Of a DNA stretch of 55,935 nt, positions 10,140-24,139 are shown piece by piece. The stretch spans positions 79,260,496 to 79,316,430 of the forward strand of contig NC_057718.1 of assembly GCF_004010195.1 (NCBI RefSeq). The letters run 5' to 3'. Below the pieces are notes generated by a model that had not been told where the DNA came from, did not search any database, and saw nothing but the letters and a program-made list of their open reading frames with translations. The position numbers were made by a program, and so were the translations under genes. Positions within the stretch are counted from its first letter, which is position 1; every line of letters begins with the position of its first letter. The stretch comes from Chiloscyllium plagiosum. Taxonomy: Eukaryota.

Positions 10140-11762
10140 TCAAAAGTTGATCAGGAAGCTGATTACCATTAGAATGGTGCTAGAAAAGCACAGCCGGTCA
10201 GGCAGCATCCGAGGAGCAGGAAAATTGACGTTGAGCAAAAGCCCTTCATCAGGACTGAAAGCAGGGAGCCTCCAGGATGGAGAGATAAATGGGATGGGGG
10301 TGGGGGTGAAGGTGATAGGCGTGGGGGAGTGAGAGGAGACAGCGCGCGCGAGAGAGAGAGAGAGCGCGAGAGCAGCGAGATGAGGAAACTGAAGTCCACA
10401 TTCATGCCCTGGGGTTGAAGTGTTCTGAGGCAGAAGATGAGGTGTTCTTCCTCCAGGCGTTGGGTGGTGAGGGAATGGCGGTAGAGGCAGCCCAGGATCT
10501 GCAGGTCTGTCAGTCATCGGCAGAGTGGGAGGGAGAGTTGAAATACTGGGCCTCTGAGCGGTGGGGTTGATTGATTAGATTAGATTCCCTATAGTGTGGA
10601 ACAGGCCCTTTGGCCAAACCAGTCCACACCGACCCTCTGAAGAGTAACCCACCCAGACCCATTTCCTTCTGACTAAATGCACCTAGCACTACAGGCAATT
10701 TAACATGGCCAATTCACCTGACCTGCACATGTTTGGACTGTGGGAGGAAACTGGAGCACCCAGAGGAAACCCATGCAGACACTGGGAGAATGTGCAAACT
10801 CCACACAGACAAACAGTCACCCGAGGCATGTGCAGGTGTTCCGGAGATGTTCCCTAAAGTGCTCTGTGAGAAGGCGTCCAGTCTCCCCAATGTAGAGGAG
10901 ACTGCATCGGGAGCAACAGATACAATGAATGACATTGGTGGGTGTGCAGGTGTAAAAAAACTTTGATGGATATAAAGGCTCCTTTGGGGCCTTGGATGGA
11001 GGTGAGGGGGGAGGTATGGGCACAGATTTAGTGATTCCGGTAGTGGCAGGGGAAGGTGCCAGGAGGAGGGGGAGGTGGCAGATGACAGGGTTTATGCAAA
11101 AGGTTGGTGTGATGGAACTGGTCCTCATGGGAGCAGATACGGTGGAGGCAGAGGAATTGGGAATACGGGGTAGCATTTTTGCAGGAGGTAGGGTAAGAAG
11201 AGGTGTAATCCAGTAGCTGTGGGAGTCGGTGGGTTTGTAAAAAATGTCAGTGTCAAGTCAGCCGTCATTGATGGAGATGGAGAGGTTCAGGTGAATTTAA
11301 AAGTCGGGGTGGAATGTTGATGAATTGCTCAACCTCCTCGCGGGAGCAAGGAAGAGGTGGGGAGTGGTGCTGGCGTAACTACGAAAGATGGACTATTCTA
11401 CGTAGCTGACGGAGACAGGCATAGCTGGGCGGAGGAAGAGGTGCCCATGGCTACCCCTTTGGTCTGGAGAAAGTGGGAAGATTTGAAGGAGAAATTGTTA
11501 AGGGTGAGGACCAGTTCAGCCAAAAGAATGAATGTGTCAGTGGAAGGGTACTGTGGGGGATGTCGGGAGAGGAAGAAAAGGAGGGCTTGAGGCCCTGGTC
11601 ATGGTGGATGGAGGTGTAGAGGGATTGGATGCCCATGATGAAGAGGAGGCATTAGGGGCCAGGGAAACTGAAGTCTTGGAGGAAGTGGAGGGCATGGGTG
11701 GTGTCTCGAATGTATATGTGGAGTTCCTGGACTAGCAGGGATAGGACAGTATTGAGGTAGGT
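10140..11762 (-). mobile_element. Penelope-like element (RT + Cys-containing GIY-YIG), degraded, interrupted by a SINE
   Basis: Minus-strand fragments MGIQSLYTSIHHDQGL and NNFSFKSSHFLQTKGVAMGT (PLE RT), NVIHCICCSRCSLLYIGETGRLLTEHFREHL (GIY-YIG). Terminal CCTGATGAAGGGCTTTTGCTC hammerhead-like remnant near 10230-10253. Confidence 0.85.
10573..10827 (-). mobile_element. V-SINE (HE1-like) nested in the Penelope-like element
   Basis: V-domain GGGAGAATGTGCAAACTCCACACAGAC and (AATCT)n tail. Confidence 0.85.
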
Positions 11763-13993
11763 CATCACAGCCAAGACACAATCCTATCAGCTTTATATGT
11801 GTAGTGTTTAATGTGAATTGTTAAAATGGCGAAGGGATGGGTTCCGCAGAATGAGATTACTACTACACTGAAAAAAGAAAAAACAAACTAGAAAACCCTT
11901 AGAATAACAAAGAGGATTTCAACCTAGAGCTATCATAGTATGCATAGCTTCGTTTCTCCACTTGCAACTAATAATTTTTTATGGAATTATTTCAGGAACT
12001 TTAAAAATCAAGGAGTTTCTTGCCAATAGCACACATTCAAAACAAGATACTAAAATGGAGACTAGTTTGCCTAACAAAAACTGTTGCATTTTTGTGAAAA
12101 ATCCATTGTACATTAGAAAGCACGTTACCACCAAAAGCAGTGTTGAGGTTAGACTGGATAAAAGGGGAGATCATTCTCCTTAAGGAAACATTTTCAAAAT
12201 CAGGAGCAGGCTGAATAGAACAGAACAGATGAGGGAGAAAACTGTTCCTGCTTGTAAAAAAGCAAGAAAGAAGAGAGAGCGCGCAACAGGACAGATTTTA
12301 AAAAGTGATTTGTAAAAGAAGCAAGGGTGATCGGAAAAGAAAAAGACTATTTTCATTCAGCAAGTAGTTAGGATACAAAATGCCTCACCTGGAATATAGT
12401 GGAGCAAGGATTAATTAAGGCTTTTTACAAAAGGCACTAGACAATATTTGGATAAAAATAACATACAAAAAGGTATGTGGGGGAAAAAAAAAGGAGATTG
12501 GTACTACTTAATGTTATTTGAAGATCTAGTGCTGGCACAATGAGTTGCTGCATTATGAACATATCAGTCTTCTGCAAAGAATATTTTTCATTAATTCACT
12601 GCTTAACAATTCTGAACTTTAGCTAGTTGAGGATGTAAAATATTGATGCAGAGCTAGATGTGATCTGAAAGCAATTGAAATTACCTTTGAGTGGCTGTTT
12701 AACTTCCAACTTTAATTTCCACCTATCCAGCTGTTTCATTCAATTAACAGAGCTTTGTTTACAATCCAAGACTATCAGCAACAACCAACAAGTTCAGGAT
12801 CCAGAGGAAAAAAAAGAGTTTGTCTATGCATCAACCTCCTATGTTGAGCGGAATCTGTTTCGCTTTTCAAAACAAAGTGTTTTTCTTTTCAGAAGGGATG
12901 ATCTGTAGATATATTCAAGTCCATTTCCTAGGGTGGTTCTCATGGTTGGGGGAAAGAAACCAAAATACATTGTTTTGGCATAGGGTTGTATGACAACTAA
13001 ATAGAGATAGGCAGAGAGACATTTGTATATGCAGAGTGCACAACCTCAGGAGATTGTAAAATGCTTTACAATCAATAAAACACAGTCGAAACAGTTACAG
13101 TTATAACACAGGATACACAACAGCAAGGTACAAAACATTATGGAATATTTATGCAAAAACCAAAAAGACCAGAGAGGGCCTTTACAACAGATTCTTTTCT
13201 CAGATCTTTCAGCAAGGGGATGATAACTAAACAGCAAAGCCCGAAAAGAAAGCTTTCCAGTTCAGCAAATTCAAAAGCAACAGACTGCCTCCTGCCCCAT
13301 AATCCAAGTCAGCATTAATTCACTTTTTTTGTTCCTTTTTTTCTGGCTGGCCAGCACTAGGCCTCCTTTGATTGACCAATTCAGATGAATCTCAGTCGTC
13401 GACAACATCTCAGTGCTGTATCATCTAGTGTCTTTGGAGTAGACATTAATTTGTATTCTCTTCCCAATCGAGTTAGAGTTCCCAAAAGCAAACACATTCT
13501 TTTATTTTTGTTCAAAGTTCAATTCTATATTATCTCATTTTTGGTTTTGACTGGAGTTGCAAAAGTAAAAAGAAAAATAATAATGGTCTCAACAATATGT
13601 AGGAGCAAGGTGACATTACCAAATGTCATCACATCTTTTAGAGCTTCTTTGACACTTACAATCACTGGTCAATTTAGAATTGAACTATTTTTAAATTAAG
13701 TAGCAAGGAAGACCTTACAATGTGAAAATCTAAGTCATATGTTTTATAAAGACTTTATTCTGTGATCAGTGCCACCACTGGGTGGAGCACTTCACCAATA
13801 TGCACAAAATTGAAGTGACGTGGTGGTGGTTTCCTGAAAACATCAATTAAATTATTTCTACAGCATAATGGTGGCATTTTTATCATCTAAATCACTTCCT
13901 CATGAGAAGTGAGAACTACAGTAGCTGTAGAAGCCAGACTCATCTTTCCTCCACCAAACCTCTCGTAATCAAACTATTCTAAGCCTCAAACTA

Positions 13994-14190
13994 GACCCTC
14001 CAAAGTGACCCACCCAGACCCATTTCCTTCTAACTAATGCACCTAACACTATGAGCAATTTAGCATAGCCATTTCACCTGACCTGCACAACTTTAGATTG
14101 TGGGAGGAAACCGGAGCACGCGGAAGAAACCCACACAGACACGGAGAGAATGTGCAAACTCCACACATACAGTCGCCAGAGGCTAGAATC
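13994..14190 (-). mobile_element. V-SINE (HE1-like), partial
   Basis: Same V-domain and body as 1-140 and 10573-10827. Confidence 0.85.
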
Positions 14191-15814
14191 TTTGTTGATG
14201 TTCAAGTGAACACTGTCAGAACTCAAGTGACCTGAAATCACCCTAATTTTTTGCACTGGGAACACTGGTTCCATTTGGTGAGTTAGTTAACAATTTGTGC
14301 TGCAATTTTGTATTAATATATTGTGGACAGCATCAGAAAGTGTTGAACCCACCCTCAAAGTTAAATCACTCCACCACTGTATTTACAACATTTTGCCAAA
14401 ATTGCTCAAAGCAACACAGGTGAACCTGATGCATTTAAATTTTATGTATTAAGACCTTTGCATGCACATATGTACATTCATCCATCAAAAGCCATGATGG
14501 AGAAGTATGATTGAACCCAAGGGTATAATAATCTTTTTGTCAGCTCCGAAGCCCTCGTTGATTTTTCATTATTTTCATTTTATTCTTTTACCGATTCTGG
14601 TTTGAAACAGTGAGCTGGAACTAAGCTAAAACTGACTTTTAGACTTCAGGTAATAACTTGTGTTACAGAGGAAAACTGACCAAACGAGCTTATGTTTACT
14701 CATGAGGGCAGGTATGGACATTAACTGCAACATGTACCTGATCAAAAATGTTCTGCAGACATTTCGTCAGTGGGGGATGAGCATTAGGTTTAACAGATAG
14801 CACTCGTTGGCTATTAAAAAGGTGAATCTGGGAACTCCTTCCAGCAAGGCTGGAAGAGGTCTTGTGGTCAAACAGATGACAGATGTTGAATGGTAACTGG
14901 AACCTAGTGGAAGGAGACCGTCAGTCAGTGTGTTCAGTTTGAATTGGGTTTTGGAAAGAAGAAATATGGCTATTGGTGATACAGCATGAATACTTGAAAG
15001 CTCCCTAACCAACCACCTGTTAGCCGCACGTGGAAGATCAGAAAATAGAAAACTAAACATATTACTGCCTTTTGAGTGAACTACAAAAAGGTGAGCCTGG
15101 CTGACATCTTCAGAAAACGAAGAAAAATTTATGCTGGTGAAATGATGCTTCATGAAACTACTTGCTCATCAATTTATCTCTTCTCTGTTTATCACGGTCT
15201 TGAAAGAGCCCTTGACTGAAAATAACAGTTTCTGGGTATACAGTGTAGACCAGTTAGATTGCTTTGTTGTTAATAAGTTGCCATGCCTTTTGTTTGTTTA
15301 AGAACCAAACTGGTGATGAGAATTATCCACAGAATCTGGGATTGGTTACTCAAGTCTGGTTAGGAACCATGGGGTCAACTTGGAGTGTCTTTGAAGACTC
15401 TAAACATTAATGCGTTGTGAATAGGAGTGAAGATACTGATTCAGCTGTCTGCCTCAGTGTCGCAACATAGTTTATACTCAAGTGATGGCTGATCTTGCAT
15501 GATGGTCGACCATTAACTTTTCGCCAAAAGGGGAAAAACACATACTTGCTGTCAACACCAAATGCAAAACCTCATTCGAAGGGTGACAGTTTGAATTCCT
15601 CATATCTGCTCAGAACGAGAGAGGTACTCTATCTCCTTTTGTGATAGTCTTGGGGGTAGGGTTGGCAGGAACATTAACTGACCTGCCAACATTGAAGGAC
15701 CGCAACAGTCATCCAGGTCCTCACCTAGAAGGGAAGAATCCTTGCAATCACAGGAGAAGACAAAATGACCTCTCCTGCAGGGTTACTGAAACATCCATGT
15801 CTCACTGAACAAGA

Positions 15815-16620
15815 TTAGAGTCATAGAGTCATGGAGATGTAAAGCGTGAAACAGACCCTTCGGTCCAACCCGTCCATGCCGACCAGATATCCCAACCCAG
15901 TCTAGTCCCACCTGCCAGCACCCGGCCCATATCCCTCCAAACCCTTCCTATTCATATACCCATCCAAATGCCTCTTAAATGTTGCAATTGTACCAGCCTC
16001 CACCACTTCCTCTGGCAGTTCAATCCATACGTGCCACCCTCTGCGTGAAAACGTTGCCCCTTAGGTCTCTTATTTCTTTCCCCTCTCACCCTAAACCTAT
16101 GCCCTCTAGTTCTGGACTCCCTAACCCCAGGGAAAAGACTTTGCCTATTTATCCTATCCATGCCCTTCAATTTTGTAAACCCTCTATAAAAGGTCACCCC
16201 TCAGCCTCGGACGCTCCACGGAAAACAGCCCCAGCCTGTTCAGCCTCTCCCTATAGCTCAAATCCTCCAATCCTGGCAACATCCTTGTAAATCTTTTCTG
16301 AGCCCTCTCAAGTTTCACAGCATCTTTCCAATAGGAAGGAGACCAAAATTGCATGCAATATTCCAACAGTGGCCTAACCAATGTCCTGTACAGTTGCAAC
16401 ATGACCTCCCAACTCCTGTACTCAATACTCTGACCAATAAAAGGAAAGCATACCAAATGCCTTCTTCACTATCCAATCTACCTGCAACTCCACTTTCAAG
16501 GAGCTATGAACCTGCACTCCAAGGTCTTTTTGTTCAGTAACACTCCCTGGAACGTAACATTAAGTGTATAAGTCCTGCTAAGATTTGCTTTCCCAAAATG
16601 CAGCACCTCGCATTTATCGG
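15815..16620 (-). mobile_element. CR1/HER1-type LINE 3' end
   Basis: ORF fragments EVMLQLYRTLVRPLLEYCMQFWSP, RTRGHRFRV; (CTATGACT)-type tail at 15815-15832. Confidence 0.9.
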
Positions 16621-16771
16621 ATTTCCTTCATTCCATTACCATACACCTATTATTTGCGATGTCAGTCTCAGTCATTGCAAACCACATCTAACCACTAGCT
16701 ATAATGCACTCTCTCATGTCTTGCAGATTCCACTAATCTCCCCATGGCACTGAAGAAAGGTCCAACACCTC

Positions 16772-16869
16772 AGAGCGAGGGGCGGGCGAGGGGGGCCGAG
16801 AGCGAGGGGGGCCGAGAGCGAGGGGGGCCGAGAGCGAGGGGGGCCGAGAGCGAGGGGGGCCGAGAGCGA
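16772..16869. repeat. GC-rich minisatellite, 16-bp unit GAGAGCGAGGGGGGCC
   Basis: Four perfect units plus partial or degenerate units, read directly. Confidence 0.9.
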
Positions 16870-19800
16870 AGCAGATCAAAAAAAAAGTACCTTGGTTGTG
16901 TGTCACTGTCAGCTTATACATAAAAATGCTCCTCAACCTGGCTGTCATGGTGAAGAACCTGCATAGACACTAACCTAAAGTACCTCTGAGACAGAAGAGG
17001 CTCAAAAGGATGGAAGTCTACACTAAAAGCTTACACCATCTGAAAATAGGGGGCAATGTGTATAGCTGACAATGGGTTACGCTGACACCTTTGAACTTTT
17101 GTTCAACATCTTCAATATTTGATTCCTACCATGATGAAAAAGGTGCAACTGTTAAAAAAAACGTTGCTTAACAGTGGCTGAGCCAGAGACGTGCAATGCT
17201 ATAAAATGGCAAGAGAATCGGCAGCCTGCCTGCTTTACATACAACTTTGTTTCCCTTTCAAAGCCTTACGATCAGTGGTTGCTGCAACCCTCTCCCTCAG
17301 TCATTGCTTACCCAACCGCTGTGTGCTCACAGCCATTTCACCATTCCACAACTGTAACTGCATCACAATGAAAGGTGATAATGCTCCTCAGTGGCTTTCA
17401 GCTATAATCTGAAATGTGCCAGTGAGCCCCCAAACTTCAACATCTTCTTAGTGACCCATCCCAAAGGTTTCACACTTCCAAGGCTGCACCCAACCCTTCA
17501 ACATGCACCTACAACTGCCTACCTTTCTCACCTAGTGCCTGGCATATGAGATGACCATGCCTGGTATGGTCATGCATTTCTCCACCTTAACTCGCAAAAC
17601 CAGGGTTCTCCTGACTGGGATAACCAGTCCTCCCATAATACACCCTTGCCAGCAATGCTTTACTGTACCCTGTCCTTGGAGATCATGCTTGCCCACAGCA
17701 GCTGCAACATAGTTGGTGGAAAGCTGGTGATCATCAAGTATATTGTATACAATCTTCAAGAATGATGTCAAGCAGTCCAGGGTCCACTTGCAGATTAGGC
17801 TAGTGATCTAAACAGCAAGAGCAAGGTAACTGGAAGGAGGAGTACATGCCAGGAGTGGAAGCACAAATTCAAACAGAAAACTTTGTTTACCACTGAGTTG
17901 CTATCCCAGAGCCATACCAGAAATCCTTAAAAAACAGATATACATGCTGCTGAGACCCTCTGGAAATCATTTTGAACAGTTGGTGTCCACAGTTATGATC
18001 ATAGCAGTCTGAGTTTGCAAACAAACATACCGAGATTTCACAACATCATCTAAAATCTTTGACAAAAGTTTTGGCATCAACCATTCAATGCTATACGGAT
18101 GGGTTCTGGTGGACAGATAAGTCAATTCCTGCTCTAACCTGAAAGGATGATTTCAAAAGCTCTATGCAAGATGGTTTGCCAAATTAGAGCTGGACTCAAT
18201 GCTCCCAAACATTGAAAACAACTATTTTGGTAAGCTTTGTAGTGCATGAAGCATTTAGTCACATATATCCATCAGCCTTCTGCTGTAGCCAGTTCCTGAG
18301 ATCATCGGACTTCTCTGCATCAGAAACTGAGGTTACACTCATTGGCCAATTGAGCTGGCATCTGTATCCTCTTCTCCCTTCCCAAACAGGGCATATCCTT
18401 TGGTTCCTGTGCATTTGTACCTGATGTTTTACCACATGTTTCTTCTTCCACCCAAATAAATATACCTTACTTTTTGTCATCAACTCAAAGGCCAAGTAAT
18501 CATATGCAGTCACCTTTGCTATCTTTCTCCCCCCTCTGGAAGAGCTTGTTCTAGTTGAGTATCTGAAATGAAAGTAAAAGTTGTGTGGTAGGGGAGAAGA
18601 GAAAGAAAGTTGTGTGTTGACATCATCCAAAGCTAGTCAGATAGGAAAGAAAAAGATTGTGGGTAAAAAGTGAAAGAATTAGTTATGCAGAAAGCACTGC
18701 ATAATCCCTCCAGCACTGATGAGGATGACCATGATTTCAGTGATGCCCTCCCCTGACATTTAGCATTATCCTTGCCACACAAGTCCTAATATATGAACAG
18801 AATTGTCCTTCATTATGTACCCATGTTCCATGTACTGCTGCAAGCAAAAGAGCAGTGTGTCATTGAGTGCTTTACTGTGTGCTTACAGCTGTCAGCAAGA
18901 TCCACCTGAAAGGGCTCACAACAGTCTTAAGCAGGAAGTAAAAACATCAAAGGAATGAGTGCTACCTTGATAGAAAAATTGTTGATAGGTGTGTGTTAGA
19001 GATGGTCTGAATTAGGCCGTGGAGGCAGCCAGTGGTGCAGTAGGTAAGTTTTGCGATTTAAAGACTAGATTGAATACATGTTCTTGGAACAATGGACCTT
19101 TGCAGATTCTTGAACACCTCTTAGTTGGGATCTCCTGAATCTCTCCACCCCTATCATCATGGGGCAAAAAAAAAAAGAGACTTCTCCAGGCCTTGAACAA
19201 AGGCCACTAATGTTTCTGGACAACCCTACCATTCCATATCATCTCACACACAGCCTCGTTTTAATCTTACAGCAAAGATTTAGTTCATGTATGGCAAGAA
19301 AAACAGTTTAAAAACAAACAGATTACTGCAGGAACGCCAATCATCAGGAACCAACGTCTTACCCTCTCCCCAACCCTAAATTCGTAACAAAGTAGGTTTA
19401 ACATTGATTTGAGAGTCAGTAAAGTAAAAAGCTGATTTGTTTTTAAACTTTAAATAGTTGTTCAGCACAATGAATGTTTGTCTCAGTATGCACGCACCTG
19501 GAAGGTACATAGTCCTATATTACATAGGAGGCTCAGATTTGATCAACAACAACAAAAAAATCATTGCATCTTTTATTCAATCCTACTTTGCAAAAGCACA
19601 TTCCAGAGTGAATTGGATGACAGTCCACTAATTTTCTACCACAGCCAACTGGAGGGGATTGTGCAGAGAGAATGGATTCCCACCCTAGCTTCCACTCACT
19701 GTTCTTTTAGGATGCACTATTGTTTATTCCACAAGCTAATTATATGCCAGAGCACAAAGCCCTAAAAAGGAATAAAAATATCTTCAATGTGATCAGTGAG

Positions 19801-20499
19801 GCTGAGTGTTCAAATACAAGGAGGAATACAATTTGTCACTGAAATGGCTGAATGGGCAAATAAAAAAAAACATGATACCCAGAACAAACTCAGTGAAATG
19901 TTTGATTCACAACCAATTATTTTTGGCAAACTGTCACAAGCATTCCACCATCCATGTATGGCAAGAAAAACAAACAATTTAAAAAAAAAGATTATTGCAG
20001 AAAGCCAATCATCAAGAACCAAGCTTTGTAAAACTTCACATGGTCAGACAAAATGAGCAGCATTTTCATATTTATGAAGTTAGTCTGCAAGCCGACTCAT
20101 TTAAAATCCATTGTGCCTCCACAATTATTCATGAATTCTGACTCAGCAGCATTGTTAAAACACCATTATGATTAGAACATTGAACTGCCAATTTGCATTA
20201 AAATTATGTACTATACTATGCTCCTTTGCTAAGTTTAAAATAAGCCAATAAATATTTCTAATATTAAAAAGGAACTGTTATGAAAGGATAATAGAACCAC
20301 CCAGAACACCATTCTACAGAATCACAGCAGAGACTAATCTTCACTTCAATACTCACCTTTATTCTTACGTGCTTGTGACAAACAAACCTCCTGATCTCAG
20401 TAAATGCTGTACATCAAACTTTTTGAAAAGCCTTTTGGGAGACCAGAAAACAGTATCCATCAATGCTCGCGATATCCTCAAAAAGATTCACTTACGTTA

Positions 20500-20645
20500 G
20501 TCAGAGTTAGATGTACAGCATGGAAACAGACCCTCTGGTCCAACTCATCCATACCAACCAGATATCCTAACCTAACCTAATCCCATTTGCCAGCACTTAG
20601 CCCATTTCCTTCTAAACCCGTCCTATTCATACAACCATCCAGATG
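20500..20645 (-). mobile_element. CR1/HER1-type LINE 3' tip
   Basis: AGATGTACAGCATGGAAACAGACCC...CCATCCAGATGC matches other CR1 3' ends. Confidence 0.8.
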
Positions 20646-20949
20646 CTCAGCTTCTGCTTGTTCAAATATATCAGATGCAATTTACTTCAACTATCATCAC
20701 AGCAACCCTCTAGTGATACAGGTTTAAACACAAAACATTCAAATAGTGCTTCAGAAGAACAAATAAAGGCAAAACCTGACTATTCCACATAACACAGTAA
20801 CAGGCCAAAAGCTTGATCAAACAGGGGGTTTTAAAAGGCATATCTTAAAAAGGTGTTAAGACTGAATGAAGTGTTGGAAGAGAATGCCACAAATTAGACC
20901 AAAGAGTAGACTGCATGGACACTATTGTCACAGCAAGTTTATTTGGAAC

Positions 20950-22750
20950 ATATGCTTACAGCACAAAATAAGTCATATGGCCATTGTGTGTCAGTGCTAG
21001 TTAATATAGATCTGACTACACAAATCTCATTTTTCAACTCTTGGCCCATAACTCTGGAGGCAGTTGCAATGCAAGTGAATATCTAATTACTAGTTAAATG
21101 TTAAGGTAGACTTTCTGGGCTCAACCATCTTGTCATGCAGTGATTGAAACATTCACCACCCTCTGGATGAATTCTTTTCACCCAGAAACAAAAACACTTT
21201 TCTTAGCCTTCTGCCTCTTACTTGGGTGTTTATGCTACCTGCTTGTTGACTCCACTCAAATGAGAAGTGCCTCAAAAAGTCCCTCATTTTAAACAACTTT
21301 TTACATCCCTTAACTTTCACTGCTCAAGGAAAATCATCTTCAACCTATCCTCAATATTCAGACCCTTCAGCATAGGTAGTATCCTGATAAATCTCCTCTG
21401 TGCCTTCGCTAGTGCGATCACATATTTCCTGTGATTTAGTAAACAGAACTGCATGCATTTCTCCAACAGTGGCCTAACCAGCACTTTATCTAAGTTCCAG
21501 CGTAACCACCTTATTCTTGTACTCTATGCAGAGTTTACTAAATGAAAGTATTGCATATGCTTTCTAAACCACTTTATCTACCTACTTTTCGACCTTCTGG
21601 GATCACTGGATGCACTCTAAAAAAGGTCCCCCTTCGATGTGGCAATTAAGACTGCCACTTAACCATATAATCCCTTGCCATGTCAGACTTACCCAAGTGC
21701 ATTTTCTCACACTTTTCCAGGTTGAATTCTATTTGCCATTCCCCAGCCTAGCTGATCAGTCCATTGATAACCCCATGCATTTTACAGCTATCCTCATTAT
21801 CTACCACCCAACAAATTTGTAGATCTTTCACAAACTCCTTGATCATACCTGTGACATTTAAGATAAAATATTAATGTACACGTCGAAACAGCTAGGGGCC
21901 CCAGAACTAAATCCTACAGCACCCCAATCGAAACAGACTTCCAGTCACAAAAACAAGCATTCTATGATTACTTTCCATTTCCTACCTTCCAGCAAATTTT
22001 AGATGAAATGTGCCACTTTTTGCCTTGGATCCAATGTTTTTTTTTCTCCTTGATCAGTCTACCATATTAAAAGCTTTGTTGAAGTCCATGGAGACCACAA
22101 ATCAAATACATTACCTTGCCTGAATACTGTTTTTCAACAAGATAGTCAAACAACCTCCCTTTAACAAATCCATGCCTACTATCCCAGATTTATCAATCAC
22201 TCTCTCCAAGGAGAAATACATTTGGTCTCTCTGAATTCTCTCAACTTGTCCACCAAAGGTTACACTGACTGAATAGTGATTTCCTGCTCCATCCTTACAT
22301 ACCTTTGGTTTTAAATAACAGAATGTTAGCAGTCCTCCAGTAGTCTGGCGCATTACTTGCCACTAAGAGCATTTGAAGATACTGCCAGGACCCAGATATC
22401 TTCTCCCTTGCCTCTCTCAAGAGCTGGCATACATCTCATCTGGACCTGCAGATAAATTCACTTTTAAAAGACTGCTAAACATGTTACCGCATATTTTCTA
22501 CATAATGAATATTTCACGGTTCTCCACCCTGTTGTCTATAACTACATCATCATTTTCCATTGTAAAGACTGATTCGAAATATTCATCAAGTATTGTGCTC
22601 ACATCTTCCAGGTCCACACACAGATGACCTCCATAGTCCCTACATTTTCCTTCGTTAACCTCTTGCCCTTGTGTATTTAAAGTAAACTTTGGTCATTTCT
22701 TTTATTCTACCCTATCAATGCTTTTTCCATACTTTGCTTTCGTGATTTTA
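20950..22750 (-). mobile_element. Older CR1-type LINE, degraded
   Basis: Colinear remnants of CR1 ORF2 (CAGAACTG..CAGTGGCCTAACCA; GAAGTCCAT; ACAAATCCATGC). Confidence 0.6.
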
Positions 22751-24139
22751 AGCTCCCCTTTGCACTTATGAAGGCTCCCATACAATTGGTATAAGGAACC
22801 ATTGGAGGAGTGTCCTAGAAAATTCATAAAAGTAAATATTTAGAAGCCAAAAATGCACCTGCCATCTATTGTGCTTTATTAGTACAACACATACAGAAAG
22901 TCAACTTCAAGCATGACCCATCCCCTCTTACAGGTCAAGTAATTAAAACTTCCTAGTGAAAGGAGCTTGTAGTGACTGAATCTGAAAATTACCCCAAAAA
23001 GATTTATGCTAGTGTTCATTTAGTCAAAAGGATAACTCAATTACACTTCAGAAATTTGTGACAAAGAATCCAATTTCATAATGTCAAGCTGACAAATTAT
23101 TAAAAATATCAATGAGTCAAAAAATTTAACAGGACTACTTGATCTGATGATGCTTACAGGAATTAAAATTTTATAGAATTGATTTATATCTATCAACTAT
23201 CCCCCAACACTCATGCACAATTTTCAAAAAGGTTGAAAAAACATTGAGTACACAAGAACATTTAGAGGCATGGAAACCTGGATACTAGAGTTTACTGGTA
23301 ATGGCAGAAGTTCAAAACTATTTCCAAGCAGTTCAGTGGTATAATCTTAGACAAACATCACCACTCGAATTTGTTCGTTTTCACTAACTTGGCTACAAAT
23401 ACTGTCCATTGCTCAAATCATTCCCCAGAACTTTGAATAGCAATAAGTATATACACTCAATACTGTCACTTCTGATCACAATATTCCAGGTAGGCCTATG
23501 CCAATGGCCTTTCCCCTGATCTGTAAATGCTTGAAAATCCTATCCTCAAAGATGTTGGCTGTACTTTAAGCATGCATCTTCGTAGTATGTACCCAGTGGT
23601 ACAACTTAAATTCTATAGAATCACTGGTTTTCAAAAACTGTTTACTCCCAGTCTTTTGGCACACTAAAATCTCAGCTCAGTCACCAAGAAAGCACTGTCC
23701 ATGCTTGAACCATCATTTCTACTGTGCTCTACTTTGTCACAGCCTTGTAACCCTAAAATTCAGTTTCCAACACTCCAATCACCGTATCAGGCAGATCTAC
23801 CTCAGCTTATCTGCCACTAAAACACTCACCTTTTCCTTTTGTTACCTCTGAAGTTTGGGCAAGCTAATCATTATGGAGGCCAACATCCTGATGACAGTTT
23901 AAATTTCATCAACTCCCATTTACTCCTCTTCACTGCTCCTGCTGAAGTACACTGGCTCCACTATTGGGTACATGCTACAACAATTCATTGAAATGAATGA
24001 GAAAGATGAGAAATGCCTCTGGGCTAAGCACCGACCCTAGTGGCACTCCACTAGTGACAGCCCAATATTCCAAATCAACCAGTTTAAGAGTTAGAAAGTC
24101 CAATTCATACAACATTTAAAAACACCTCTGAACAATAAG

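Noticed and set aside
13300..13400. Enhancer-like cluster (CTTTGAT, CCAAT)
   Set aside because: Short motifs expected by chance; conservation cannot be judged from this sequence alone.
14760..15420. Possible LTR-like repeat or the 128-aa ORF
   Set aside because: No termini, TSD, second copy or protein motif that I could support.
16772..16869. CRISPR-like array
   Set aside because: Head-to-tail units without spacers, in eukaryotic intron.
16733..16948. Pro/Arg-rich protein ORF
   Set aside because: Translation of the 16-bp minisatellite.
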